Shown here: positions 15,388 through 26,373 of the stretch, piece by piece
How the letters are laid out: every line of letters starts with the position of its first letter
How positions within the stretch are numbered: the stretch's first letter is position 1
The notes under the pieces: model-generated
The model's input: only the letters and a program-made list of their open reading frames with translations
What the model was told of the DNA's origin: nothing
The model's database searches: none
Assembly (NCBI RefSeq): GCF_000195755.1
Contig: NC_002937.3
Span: 180,001 to 212,000 of the forward strand
Direction of reading: 5' to 3'
Length of the DNA: 32,000 nucleotides
Source of the DNA: Nitratidesulfovibrio vulgaris str. Hildenborough
GTDB taxonomy: Bacteria; Desulfobacterota; Desulfovibrionia; Desulfovibrionales; Desulfovibrionaceae
Translations under genes and position numbers: made by a program

Positions 15388-16386
15388 ATGCAACCTGTAT
15401 TGCGTCCCATCGGCACCGTGCGCTCGCGTCTGACCCGCCTCGACGACTGTCCCAAGAACGGAGACGAGGGGGCCCCCGAGGCATGGATAGACATCCTGCC
15501 CGAATTCGCGGCGGGGCTGGATACGCTGGAGGCAGGGCAGGAACTGACCCTCGTCACGTGGCTGCATCTCGCCGACCGCGACACACTCGCAGTGCATCCG
15601 CGTGGCGACACGTCGCGGCCCATGCGCGGGGTGTTCAACACCCGTTCGCCCGCCCGTCCGAACCCCCTCGGCCTGCACGACGTGCGCCTCCTGGGCACCG
15701 CCCCCGGGCCGGACGGGATGGTGCGCCTTCTGGTGGCACCGCTTGAGGCCCTGCACGGCACTCCGGTGGTGGACATCAAGACCAGCCTCAGCCAGCGGCG
15801 TGATACGGGATGGGGCGACGGCGTCCCTCTGCGTGAGGCCGAGACGGTTCGCCGTCTGTGTCACACGGCGTGGCAACGGGGTCTGCTTTCGGGCTTCAAC
15901 GGCAACGTGAGCCTGCGCCTAGGGGCGACCTGTCTCGTCACCTGTACGGGGGCGGCCAAGGGCGACCTCTCTCCCGGCGACCTCGCCGTGGTCGACATCG
16001 CCTCCGGCAAGCGCATCGCAGGAGGTAAGCCTTCCTCTGAACTCGCCATGCACCTTGAGGTCTATCGTCGGCAGCCCCGGGCACAGGCCATCGTGCACAC
16101 GCATCCGCCACGCCTGCTGGCCCTCGGGCTGCGTGTCGCCCCGCAGCAGATGCTGCACATCGACGTCTACGAGGCGCAGATGCTCGTATCGCGCCTCGGG
16201 TCTGCCCCCGCCCATGCCCCCGGAACGCAGGCACTGGCCGATGCCGTGGGCGAGGCGGCCGTCACCCGCGAGGCGGTCTGGATGGAACGCCACGGGCTGG
16301 TGTGCTGGGGGGAGACGCCCATGCAGGCGCTTGCGCTGGGTGAAGAACTGGAACACCTCGCGGGCATCCATCTCTCGGTTTTGTAG
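15388..16386 (+). CDS. Fusion protein: N-terminal TrmO/YaeB (TsaA-like, UPF0066) domain plus C-terminal class II aldolase/adducin (MtnB/FucA-like) domain
   Basis: 332-aa ORF. GAGGAGG lies 8 nt upstream. N-terminal part: LRPIGTVRS...RGVFNTRSPARPNPLGL...GTPVVDIK. C-terminal part: GFNGNVSLR, PSSELAMHLEVY, AIVHTHPP. Confidence 0.85.
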   Translation: MQPVLRPIGTVRSRLTRLDDCPKNGDEGAPEAWIDILPEFAAGLDTLEAGQELTLVTWLHLADRDTLAVHPRGDTSRPMRGVFNTRSPARPNPLGLHDVRLLGTAPGPDGMVRLLVAPLEALHGTPVVDIKTSLSQRRDTGWGDGVPLREAETVRRLCHTAWQRGLLSGFNGNVSLRLGATCLVTCTGAAKGDLSPGDLAVVDIASGKRIAGGKPSSELAMHLEVYRRQPRAQAIVHTHPPRLLALGLRVAPQQMLHIDVYEAQMLVSRLGSAPAHAPGTQALADAVGEAAVTREAVWMERHGLVCWGETPMQALALGEELEHLAGIHLSVL

Positions 16387-16478
16387 TCACGGCGGCTTGA
16401 TGCGCACCTGCGGCTGACGGGAAAGATGACGTGCGACAGGGCCGGTGAATGGCGTCATCTCTTGATATGACCCCGTTA

Positions 16479-16516
16479 CGACAATCCCCGTCCTCGCATG
16501 AGGACGGGGATTGTCG
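16479..16516. terminator. Perfect 17-bp stem / 4-nt loop hairpin between convergent genes (putative bidirectional terminator, no clear U-tail)
   Basis: cgacaatccccgtcctc gcat gaggacggggattgtcg read directly. It sits between the stop at 16386 (+) and the stop at 16600 (-). Confidence 0.5.
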
Positions 16517-16599
16517 CTTGTGGAAGAGGCGGACGGGGCACGGACTCGGTTCGTTCAAGGTCTCCCGTATCCTGCCCGCGGATTCGTCTCCGGGGGCGG

Positions 16600-17121
16600 C
16601 TACACTACGGGCTCGTCGTCGCAGGTGCAGTGCTGTGCGGCCTGTGCATCACGTTCGGCACGCCGTTCCTCGCGCCGCAGTTCACGGCGTCGGCGGGCTT
16701 CTACGCAGCGGCGTTCGTGGGTGGGCGTTTCGCACAACAGCGGCGGCACGGCCACGGGCTTCCTGTCCGGCCCCATGGCCACGAACGTGAGATAGGCCGA
16801 AGCTGCGTGGCGCACCTCGCCGGTCAGCAGATTCTCGGCTTCGACACGCACACCCACCTCCAGTGACGTGCCTCCCGTGAGGTTCACGCTGGCTTTCAGC
16901 AGCATGAGTTCACCCACGTTGACCGGCGCGCGAAAGTCCATGCGGTCGATGGACGCGGTGACCACGGGTGTGCGGCAGTGCCTCATGGCGGCGACAGCCC
17001 CGGCGAGGTCTATGTGCTTGAGGATGACGCCCCCGTGCACGTAGCCCGCCGGGTTGGCGTCCTGCGGCAGCGGCCTGTGCGTCATGACCACTTCGCTTTC
17101 CGATACCTTCTTGGCCTGCAT
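16600..17121 (-). CDS. Acyl-CoA thioesterase (hotdog fold, YciA/Acot-like) with an Arg/Glu-rich C-terminal tail
   Basis: Track ORF trimmed to the ATG at 17121, with GAGGG 5 nt upstream. Motif NPAGYVHGGVILKHIDLAGAVAAMRH, then TASIDRMDFRAPV. Confidence 0.8.
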   Translation of the reverse strand: MQAKKVSESEVVMTHRPLPQDANPAGYVHGGVILKHIDLAGAVAAMRHCRTPVVTASIDRMDFRAPVNVGELMLLKASVNLTGGTSLEVGVRVEAENLLTGEVRHAASAYLTFVAMGPDRKPVAVPPLLCETPTHERRCVEARRRRELRREERRAERDAQAAQHCTCDDEPVV

Positions 17122-17146
17122 GATGCCCTCGTATGGCGGTGCGGGG

Positions 17147-18142
17147 CTAGCCCGCGAACGTGACGCCGCCCTTGCCCAGCAGGTCGTGCAGGTGCACGAG
17201 GCCCACAAGCCGGTGGTCGTCGTCGGTGATGGGAAGCACGGTGATGGCCTTCTGTTCCATGATGTCGATGAGTTCGGCCACCGACTGGGTCTGCCGTGCG
17301 AAACGGGGGTTGCGCGTCATGATGTGGGTGACTCCCACGCGCGGGCCGTAGGTGCCGCGAAGGACGGCACGGCGTACGTCACCGTCGGTGAGGATGCCGG
17401 TCAGCCTCCCACCGCCGTCCGTGAGGGCCACGGCCCCGAAGCCGCCCTTGTCGAGGGCGAGAACGGCCTCTTCGCACACGGCCTCTTCGTTGACCACCGG
17501 AATGCCCTCGGTGTGCATGAGTTCAGCCACGCGCAGCCGCAGCCGCTGGCCCAGTGAACCGCCGGGGTGGTAGCGCAGGAAGTCGTTCTCGGTGAAGGAC
17601 TTCCAGTCGATGAGGCAGACCGCCAGTGCGTCGCCAAGGGCGAGTACCGCCGTGGTGGACGCCGTAGGGGCAAGCCCCAGCGGGCACGCTTCACGCGGTA
17701 CGCCGCAGTCGAGCACGATGTCGGCACCGCGTCCCAGTGACGAGTCGGCGCGGCCGGTCAGGGCGATGATGGGCGTGCCGATGGCGCGCAGGCTGGGCAG
17801 GATGGCGTTGAGTTCATCCGTCTCGCCGGAGTTGGAGATGGCGATGACCACGTCGTCGGCCTTGAGGCTGCCCATGTCGCCATGTGCGCCCTCTACGGGG
17901 TGCAGGAAGAAGGCGGGGCTGCCCGTGGACGAGAAGGTGGCGGCCAGCTTGCGGCCCACCAGCCCCGACTTGCCGAGGCCTGTCACAACGACACGGCCGC
18001 GGCATCCTGCCAGCAGGGCCAGCGCGGATTCGAACGAGGGGCCAAGCCTGTCGCGTACGGCACGGATGCCCTCCGCTTCGATATCGAGAACGTCGCGGCC
18101 GCGTTGCAGCCAGTCGGTCTGATGTATCTGGTCGTCTGTCAT
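17147..18142 (-). CDS. kpsF: Arabinose-5-phosphate isomerase (SIS domain plus CBS pair), KpsF/GutQ family
   Basis: Track ORF trimmed to the ATG at 18142, with AAGGAG 8 nt upstream. GLGKSGLVGRKLAATFSSTGSPAFFLHPVEGAHGDMG, ISNSGET, EACPLGLAPTASTT. C-terminal tandem CBS-like repeats. Confidence 0.9.
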   Translation of the reverse strand: MTDDQIHQTDWLQRGRDVLDIEAEGIRAVRDRLGPSFESALALLAGCRGRVVVTGLGKSGLVGRKLAATFSSTGSPAFFLHPVEGAHGDMGSLKADDVVIAISNSGETDELNAILPSLRAIGTPIIALTGRADSSLGRGADIVLDCGVPREACPLGLAPTASTTAVLALGDALAVCLIDWKSFTENDFLRYHPGGSLGQRLRLRVAELMHTEGIPVVNEEAVCEEAVLALDKGGFGAVALTDGGGRLTGILTDGDVRRAVLRGTYGPRVGVTHIMTRNPRFARQTQSVAELIDIMEQKAITVLPITDDDHRLVGLVHLHDLLGKGGVTFAG

Positions 18143-18392
18143 GTCATGTACTCCTTGCGGCCCTTCTTGTAAGGCACGGGCCGCAGGTTGAAAAGGGCAC
18201 AAGAGTGCCTTCCGTAAAAGGGCGCTGGTGTGACGGTGCCCCCTTCGGGGGGCTGGCGGGGCATCCTGCGCAATGTAACGGGAACACAAGAGTGCACCGC
18301 CCTTGTCGCGCAGGTTGCATGGTGGCGTCCTTGGGCAGGCGTGGCAGCGATGTACGCCAGAGGGGCATCGTCGGTGGGGCTTGTGTCACGCA

Positions 18393-18420
18393 AAAGGGCC
18401 TCCGGCATGCCGGAGGCCCT
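18393..18420 (-). terminator. Rho-independent terminator after purF
   Basis: The minus strand reads GGGCCTCCGG CATG CCGGAGGCCC followed by TTTTG. It lies 25 nt downstream of the purF stop. Confidence 0.7.
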
Positions 18421-18444
18421 TCATTGCATGGTCGCTTGCGGCGG

Positions 18445-19833
18445 CTAGCAGCCGCATTCAAGGCAGAGTTTGCCGCCACCGGCGCAAGGGATGGGATAGT
18501 CGCCGGTGAAGCACGCGAGACAGTAGTTCTCGGGATGCGAGACCGAGCGCAGCAGCCCTTCGATGGTGATGTAGTGCAGCGAATCGATGCCGATGAAGCG
18601 TTCGATTTCGGATACGCTATGATTGGCGGCGATGAGTTCGCCCTTGGAGGCGAAGTCGATGCCGTAGAAGCACGGGAACTTGATGGGCGGGCAGCTCACC
18701 CTGAAGTGGACTTCACGCGCACCCAGTTCTCGCAGTTTCTTCACGCGCGTCCGGATGGTGGTTCCGCGCACGATGGAGTCGTCCACGATGCAGATGCGCT
18801 TGCCCTTGATCATGCTCTTCACCGGGTTGATCTTCACCCGGACGCTGAAGTCGCGCATGTCCTGCGAGGGCTGGATGAAGGTGCGCCCCACATAGTGGTT
18901 GCGGATCATGGCGTGTTCGTAGGGCAGCCCCGACTCCTGCGCGAAGCCGACGGCGCTGTAGACCCCCGAGTCCGGGAAGGGCATCACGAAGTCCACATCG
19001 GGGGCCGATTCGCGGGCCAGTTCCTGCCCCATGCGCTTGCGGCACTGGTACACGTCTTCACCGAAGACCAGCGAGTCGGGCCGTGCGAAGTAGATGAGCT
19101 CGAAGATGCACTGGCGTGTGGGGGCTTCGGTCTCAATCTTGTAGCTTTGCACCTTCGTATCTTCGATGACCACCATCTCGCCCGGGTCGAGCGAGCGTAT
19201 GAACTCTGCTTCCAGCAGGTCGAAGGCGCACGTCTCGGACGCGAACACATGCGCACCCGCCACGCGGCCCAGCGCCAGCGGACGGAACCCGTGCGGGTCG
19301 CGTACGGCGATGAGCTTGTTGTTGGCGAGGATGAGCAGGGCGTAGGCCCCTTTCACCTTGCGGCATGCCGCCATGACGGCCTCTTCGAGCGTATGCCCGT
19401 TGAGGTTGCGGGCGATGAGGTGCACGAACACCTCGCTGTCGATGGAGGTCTGGAAGATGGAGCCCTGTTCCTCCAGTTCGCGCCGCAATTCCAGCGTGTT
19501 CACGAGGTTGCCGTTGTGCGCGATGGCGATCTCGAGACCCTTGTAGCGCACGATGAACGGCTGCGCGTTGCGGATGAGCGACGCGCCCGTGGTGGAGTAC
19601 CGGATATGCCCGATGGCGATGTCGCCCTTGAGTTCCTTGCCGAGGTGGCGTTCGTTGAAGACCTCGGGCACGAGACCCATGCCGCGGTGTTCACGCAGTT
19701 TCTGTCCGTCCCACGTCACGATGCCGGCGCTCTCCTGCCCGCGGTGTTGCAGGGCGTAGAGGCCGAAGTAGGAAAGACGGGCGGCCTCGGCATGGTTGTA
19801 GATGCCGAAGATGCCGCAGTAATGCCGGATCAT
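18445..19833 (-). CDS. purF: Amidophosphoribosyltransferase (glutamine PRPP amidotransferase), Fe-S type
   Basis: 462-aa ORF. Short propeptide MIRHY before the catalytic Cys (CGIFG). RGQESAGI. PRPP loop ICIVDDSIVRGTT. C-terminal Cys cluster (CPPIKFPCFYG ... CLACFTGDYP). Confidence 0.95.
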   Translation of the reverse strand: MIRHYCGIFGIYNHAEAARLSYFGLYALQHRGQESAGIVTWDGQKLREHRGMGLVPEVFNERHLGKELKGDIAIGHIRYSTTGASLIRNAQPFIVRYKGLEIAIAHNGNLVNTLELRRELEEQGSIFQTSIDSEVFVHLIARNLNGHTLEEAVMAACRKVKGAYALLILANNKLIAVRDPHGFRPLALGRVAGAHVFASETCAFDLLEAEFIRSLDPGEMVVIEDTKVQSYKIETEAPTRQCIFELIYFARPDSLVFGEDVYQCRKRMGQELARESAPDVDFVMPFPDSGVYSAVGFAQESGLPYEHAMIRNHYVGRTFIQPSQDMRDFSVRVKINPVKSMIKGKRICIVDDSIVRGTTIRTRVKKLRELGAREVHFRVSCPPIKFPCFYGIDFASKGELIAANHSVSEIERFIGIDSLHYITIEGLLRSVSHPENYCLACFTGDYPIPCAGGGKLCLECGC

Positions 19834-19860
19834 GGCTCCCCCTTCTTCAGGAATGACGGC

Positions 19861-23094
<3,234 letters not shown>

Positions 23095-23471
23095 GTCGCT
23101 TCGTGTGGGGTGAAAGGTTGTCCGCGGGGCTGCAAGGCGGAGAAATCCTGACGGTACGAAGCGGAAGGAGGCGAACGCCCACGGAAGGGGGCGCGGGGGA
23201 GATGCCGTCCGCCCGCGATTGCGCCAGCGGGCCGCCCTCGGTACGCGCCGGTCAGCAATCTCCCTACCATATACCGGCAGGGGGTGACATGCAAGGGGCA
23301 CAAGCCTTGGGCGCAGGTGACGCATCTCTGTATCCCGTTTCTGCAATCAGGCTTCGCTTGCGCCAAGGTGGCTCGTTGCCGTGTGATGATAATGCCGAAA
23401 GTCATTGCGTGTCGCGACGCTTGATGTGTACTGTGAGTGCAGTGCTACTGATGCAATATCTGCTTTGATGT

Positions 23472-23520
23472 TGTCATGATAATCACTTTCTTTTTCTTCA
23501 TGGCAATGATTATCATCGAT
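23472..23520. promoter_or_regulatory. Candidate Fur-family (metal-responsive) operator pair in an AT-rich promoter region
   Basis: TGTCATGATAATCACTTTC (23472-23490) matches 14/19 of the E. coli Fur box GATAATGATAATCATTATC by my count. GGCAATGATTATCATCGAT (23502-23520) matches 12/19. Inverted arms TGATAATCA (23477-23485) and TGATTATCA (23507-23515). The sites lie 13-61 nt upstream of the GTG at 23533. Confidence 0.4.
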
Positions 23521-23532
23521 AGGAGTTGAGTA

Positions 23533-24093
23533 GTGCATCGCATTGGCATGAAATTGCAATGTGGTATCATATTCACTGTCCTGACAGGCTCCCTTGCCTG
23601 TCTGCACGGTTTTGACGTTGATGCATATGCTGATGACGGAAGACACGATAGGCATGGGGAACGACATGCATGGTCAACTGTGTCAAAAATGCCTGATGTT
23701 TATGTGAAATCTTGCGGAGGGTGCCACATGGCGTACCCTGCTGTACTGTTGGCGCATGAGGGATGGGCATCCATCGTCGGTTCAGCAAGCGACCATTTCG
23801 GGACGGTGGTCGAGATGTCTCCTGCGCAGCAGCAGGCTGTCGCCGCCTATCTTTCCGATAACGCGGCCGACAGGTCCGGCACCAAACTGGGCCGGAAGAT
23901 CGCCCGTTCCATGTCTGATGGGAACGTGTCGCGCATCACGGAAGTGCCCTACATCAGGCACAAGCATCGCGATATCGGGGCTGCCGTGCTGACCAGGGAA
24001 AGTGTAGGCGGGCTGGCGAACTGCATTGCCTGTCATCCCGGGGCAACTGGCGGGCAGTTCGATGATGACGACGTGGCGATTCCGACGGACTGA
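23533..24093 (+). CDS. Periplasmic dihaem cytochrome c (DHC-like)
   Basis: 186-aa ORF. AGGAG lies 7 nt upstream of the GTG; an alternative ATG is at 23548. Signal peptide. Two CxxCH motifs, CGGCH (23713-23727) and CIACH (24022-24036). The stretch CGGCHMAYPAVLL...GW..I......HFG........Q..V..YL..NAAD resembles the dihaem cytochrome c family as I remember it. Confidence 0.75.
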   Translation: MHRIGMKLQCGIIFTVLTGSLACLHGFDVDAYADDGRHDRHGERHAWSTVSKMPDVYVKSCGGCHMAYPAVLLAHEGWASIVGSASDHFGTVVEMSPAQQQAVAAYLSDNAADRSGTKLGRKIARSMSDGNVSRITEVPYIRHKHRDIGAAVLTRESVGGLANCIACHPGATGGQFDDDDVAIPTD

Positions 24094-24144
24094 TACGGGC
24101 GCATGGCACGAGCAGGCCACCATTCACTTTGACTGCGGAAGGAT

Positions 24145-25065
24145 GTGCGACGGATGATGTCTGAACAGCGCAGGGCTATCGCCTTGTCCCTCGTGTGCGG
24201 TGTGTGCATCCTCGTCCTGAAGATGCTCGCGTATCTCGTGACAGATTCAGCGGCACTCATGTCGGATGCATTCGAGTCCATCGTGAATGTGGTGGCGAGT
24301 GCTTTTACCATGTGGACCCTGTATGTGGCGCAGACGCCGCCGGACAGGCGCCATCCCTATGGGCATGGGCGAGTCGAGTTCTTCGCCGTGTTCTTCGAAG
24401 GGGCTCTCGTCATTGTTGCCGCACTGGGCATTATCGTCGCAGCGGCGCCTCGTATCATCGAACCGCGCGCAATGGTGCAGCTTGACATCGGCCTTGGGCT
24501 ATCGGTCGTCGCCTCTGCCATCAACCTCGTTCTCGGCCTTTATCTCATCCGTGTGGGACGGCGCGAAGACAGGCTGGCACTCGTTGCCGACGGTAAGCAC
24601 ATCATAACTGACGTGTACACGACCGGTGGGGTGCTTGCGGGTTTGCTGCTCGTCCATGCCACAGGATGGCTGTGGCTCGACGGGGCCATCGCATGCGTCG
24701 TGGCCCTGCACATCCTCGGAGCGGGGTATGGGCTCGTAAGGGAGGCGGTGCGTGGACTCATGAACGAGCGCGACGAGAAGCTGCTGCTGCGTATCGAGGA
24801 TGTCCTCAGACGCCATGAGCAGGATGACGGGATTGCAACGCATGATATCCGGGCATGGAGGTCGGGCCGGGACATCCATGTCGACCTGCATCTCGTGCTG
24901 CCCCGGCATATGACCATGGAGCAGGCACAGGCGCGCGCCACGGTCGTCGAAGATATCCTGCGGGGCCAGATTCCCCATGTCGTCGAGGTACTTGTGCGGG
25001 CCGAGGCCTGCGATGAGGCACAGTGCAGCGCCTGCCGCCATGCTGGCAGGTGCCATGAGAGGTAG
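24145..25065 (+). CDS. Cation diffusion facilitator (CDF) family divalent-metal efflux protein with a Cys/His-rich C-terminal tail
   Basis: 306-aa ORF. The GTG at 24145 may be replaced by the ATG at 24154 or 24157, with GGAAGGA upstream. Six TM helices. Motifs SAALMSDAFES and HPYGHGRVE, and HIITDVYT in TM5. C-terminal cytoplasmic domain plus tail CDEAQCSACRHAGRCHER. Confidence 0.9.
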   Translation: MRRMMSEQRRAIALSLVCGVCILVLKMLAYLVTDSAALMSDAFESIVNVVASAFTMWTLYVAQTPPDRRHPYGHGRVEFFAVFFEGALVIVAALGIIVAAAPRIIEPRAMVQLDIGLGLSVVASAINLVLGLYLIRVGRREDRLALVADGKHIITDVYTTGGVLAGLLLVHATGWLWLDGAIACVVALHILGAGYGLVREAVRGLMNERDEKLLLRIEDVLRRHEQDDGIATHDIRAWRSGRDIHVDLHLVLPRHMTMEQAQARATVVEDILRGQIPHVVEVLVRAEACDEAQCSACRHAGRCHER

Positions 25066-25276
25066 GGGCCCTGCGTACGGTTCAGGGATTACGGGGTATT
25101 GGCAGCAGATGGCGTGTCGCTCCGGTGCCGCGGGCGGTGCGTAGCCTGCGGGGGGGCGTAACACATGACTTAAGCCCGGCGCTGGCCTAGCGTATCCCCG
25201 GCAGGTCGTACCCCCCGGCAGGGGATGCCACGTGGCCCACAGCGTGCGGGTGCGACTTCGTGTCGCTCAATGGAAA

Positions 25277-25310
25277 GGCCCGCATGTATGCGGGCCCTTC
25301 GTTTGTCTTT
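25277..25310 (+). terminator. Rho-independent terminator between the convergent CDF and ABC-transporter genes
   Basis: ggcccgc atgtat gcgggcc followed by cttcgtttgtcttt. It lies 40-73 nt beyond the minus-strand ATPase stop (25350) and about 210 nt beyond the CDF stop. Confidence 0.6.
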
Positions 25311-25349
25311 ATGGGGGGGCAGTCACGGGGCAACCCGCGAGGCGCGCAG

Positions 25350-26363
25350 CTAGATGCGGCCTTCCTCCACGGCGTGACATGCCACCAGAGCACCGCCGGG
25401 CTGCGGCAGGGCGCGGGGCACCTCGTTCATGCAGCGCTTGTCGGCGTGGGGGCAGCGACCGTGGAAGACGCAGCCCGAAGGCAGGTTGATGGGCGTGGGC
25501 ACGTCACCGGAGAGGCGGATGTGCTTCAGGCCCTTCTGCCCGATACGCGGAATGGCGGAGAGCAATGCCTGCGTATACGGGTGGCGCGGTGAACCGAACA
25601 GGTCTTCGCTGGTGGCGAGTTCACACAGTGAACCGAGGTACATGACCGCCACACGGGTGGAGATGTGCTCCACCACCGAGAGGTCGTGGCTGATGAACAG
25701 GTAGGTCAGGTTGCGCTGTTCCTGCATGTCCATCATCAGGTTCAGCACCTGCGCCTGAATGGAGACGTCCAGTGCGGAGATGGGTTCGTCCGCCACGATG
25801 AACTCGGGGTCGACGGCAAGGGCGCGGGCGATGGATATGCGCTGGCGTTGCCCGCCCGAGAACTCATGCGGATAGCGCGTGGCCCACACAGGGTTGATGC
25901 CCACCTGTTCCATGACGGCGGCGACCCTGTCGAGCACTTCGCCTTCGCCGATGCCGGGGTTGTGGAAGCGGATGGGTTCTTCGAGAATCTGGTTCACGCG
26001 CATACGCGGGTTGAGCGAGGCGTAAGGGTCCTGGAAGACCATCTGCATGCGGGTGCGGTAGGGCAGCATCTCCGTGTCGGAGAGGTGGTCGATGCGCCGG
26101 TCACGGTAGTGGATTTCGCCGGAATTGGGGCGGTACAGGCCGATGACCGTGCGTGCGAGGGTCGATTTGCCGCAGCCCGATTCACCGACAACGCTGAGGG
26201 TCTCGCCCTCGTTGATGGTGAACGAGACGTCGTTGACCGCATGGACGACAGTGCGCTTGCGGACGATGCCGGAGCCGGTGAGCCTGAGCTGGTCGAGAAA
26301 GCCGCCGGAGATGTCGAAGTGCTTGACGACATTGCGCAGGTTGAGAAGAGGTTTCTGTTGCAT
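25350..26363 (-). CDS. Oligopeptide/dipeptide ABC transporter ATP-binding protein (OppF/DppF-like)
   Basis: Track ORF trimmed to the ATG at 26363, with GGAG 6 nt upstream. Walker A GESGCGKS, signature FSGGQRQR, Walker B FIVADEP. C-terminal oligopeptide-ATPase extension containing Cys residues. Confidence 0.9.
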   Translation of the reverse strand: MQQKPLLNLRNVVKHFDISGGFLDQLRLTGSGIVRKRTVVHAVNDVSFTINEGETLSVVGESGCGKSTLARTVIGLYRPNSGEIHYRDRRIDHLSDTEMLPYRTRMQMVFQDPYASLNPRMRVNQILEEPIRFHNPGIGEGEVLDRVAAVMEQVGINPVWATRYPHEFSGGQRQRISIARALAVDPEFIVADEPISALDVSIQAQVLNLMMDMQEQRNLTYLFISHDLSVVEHISTRVAVMYLGSLCELATSEDLFGSPRHPYTQALLSAIPRIGQKGLKHIRLSGDVPTPINLPSGCVFHGRCPHADKRCMNEVPRALPQPGGALVACHAVEEGRI

Positions 26364-26373
26364 CGTAACTCCG

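Noticed and set aside
18196-18209. GGCACaagaGTGCC read on the minus strand as a possible -24/-12 element for kpsF
   Set aside because: The spacing is one nucleotide short and no TTGC is present. It is better described as a small hairpin or repeat (see the finding on the kpsF leader).
23095-23346. N-terminal extensions given by the ORF track: carB to 23346, kpsF to 18289, thioesterase to 17208, oppF-like to 26522, oppB-like to 29412, SBP to 31030, small protein to 3756
   Set aside because: In each case an internal ATG preceded by a good Shine-Dalgarno sequence coincides with the conserved N-terminus of the family. The extra residues are Arg/Pro-rich and lie in intergenic or hairpin DNA.
23347-23667. 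106-aa minus-strand ORF spanning the AT-rich region
   Set aside because: It overlaps the start of the dihaem cytochrome gene and the operator-like repeats. It has no ribosome-binding site, and its His/Ser/Thr-rich composition is due to AT-rich DNA.
24104-24118. TGGCACGAGCAGGCC upstream of the CDF gene, with a sigma-54 -24-like element
   Set aside because: The -12 region reads GGCC with the wrong spacing. It lies in the short gap of an apparent two-gene operon.
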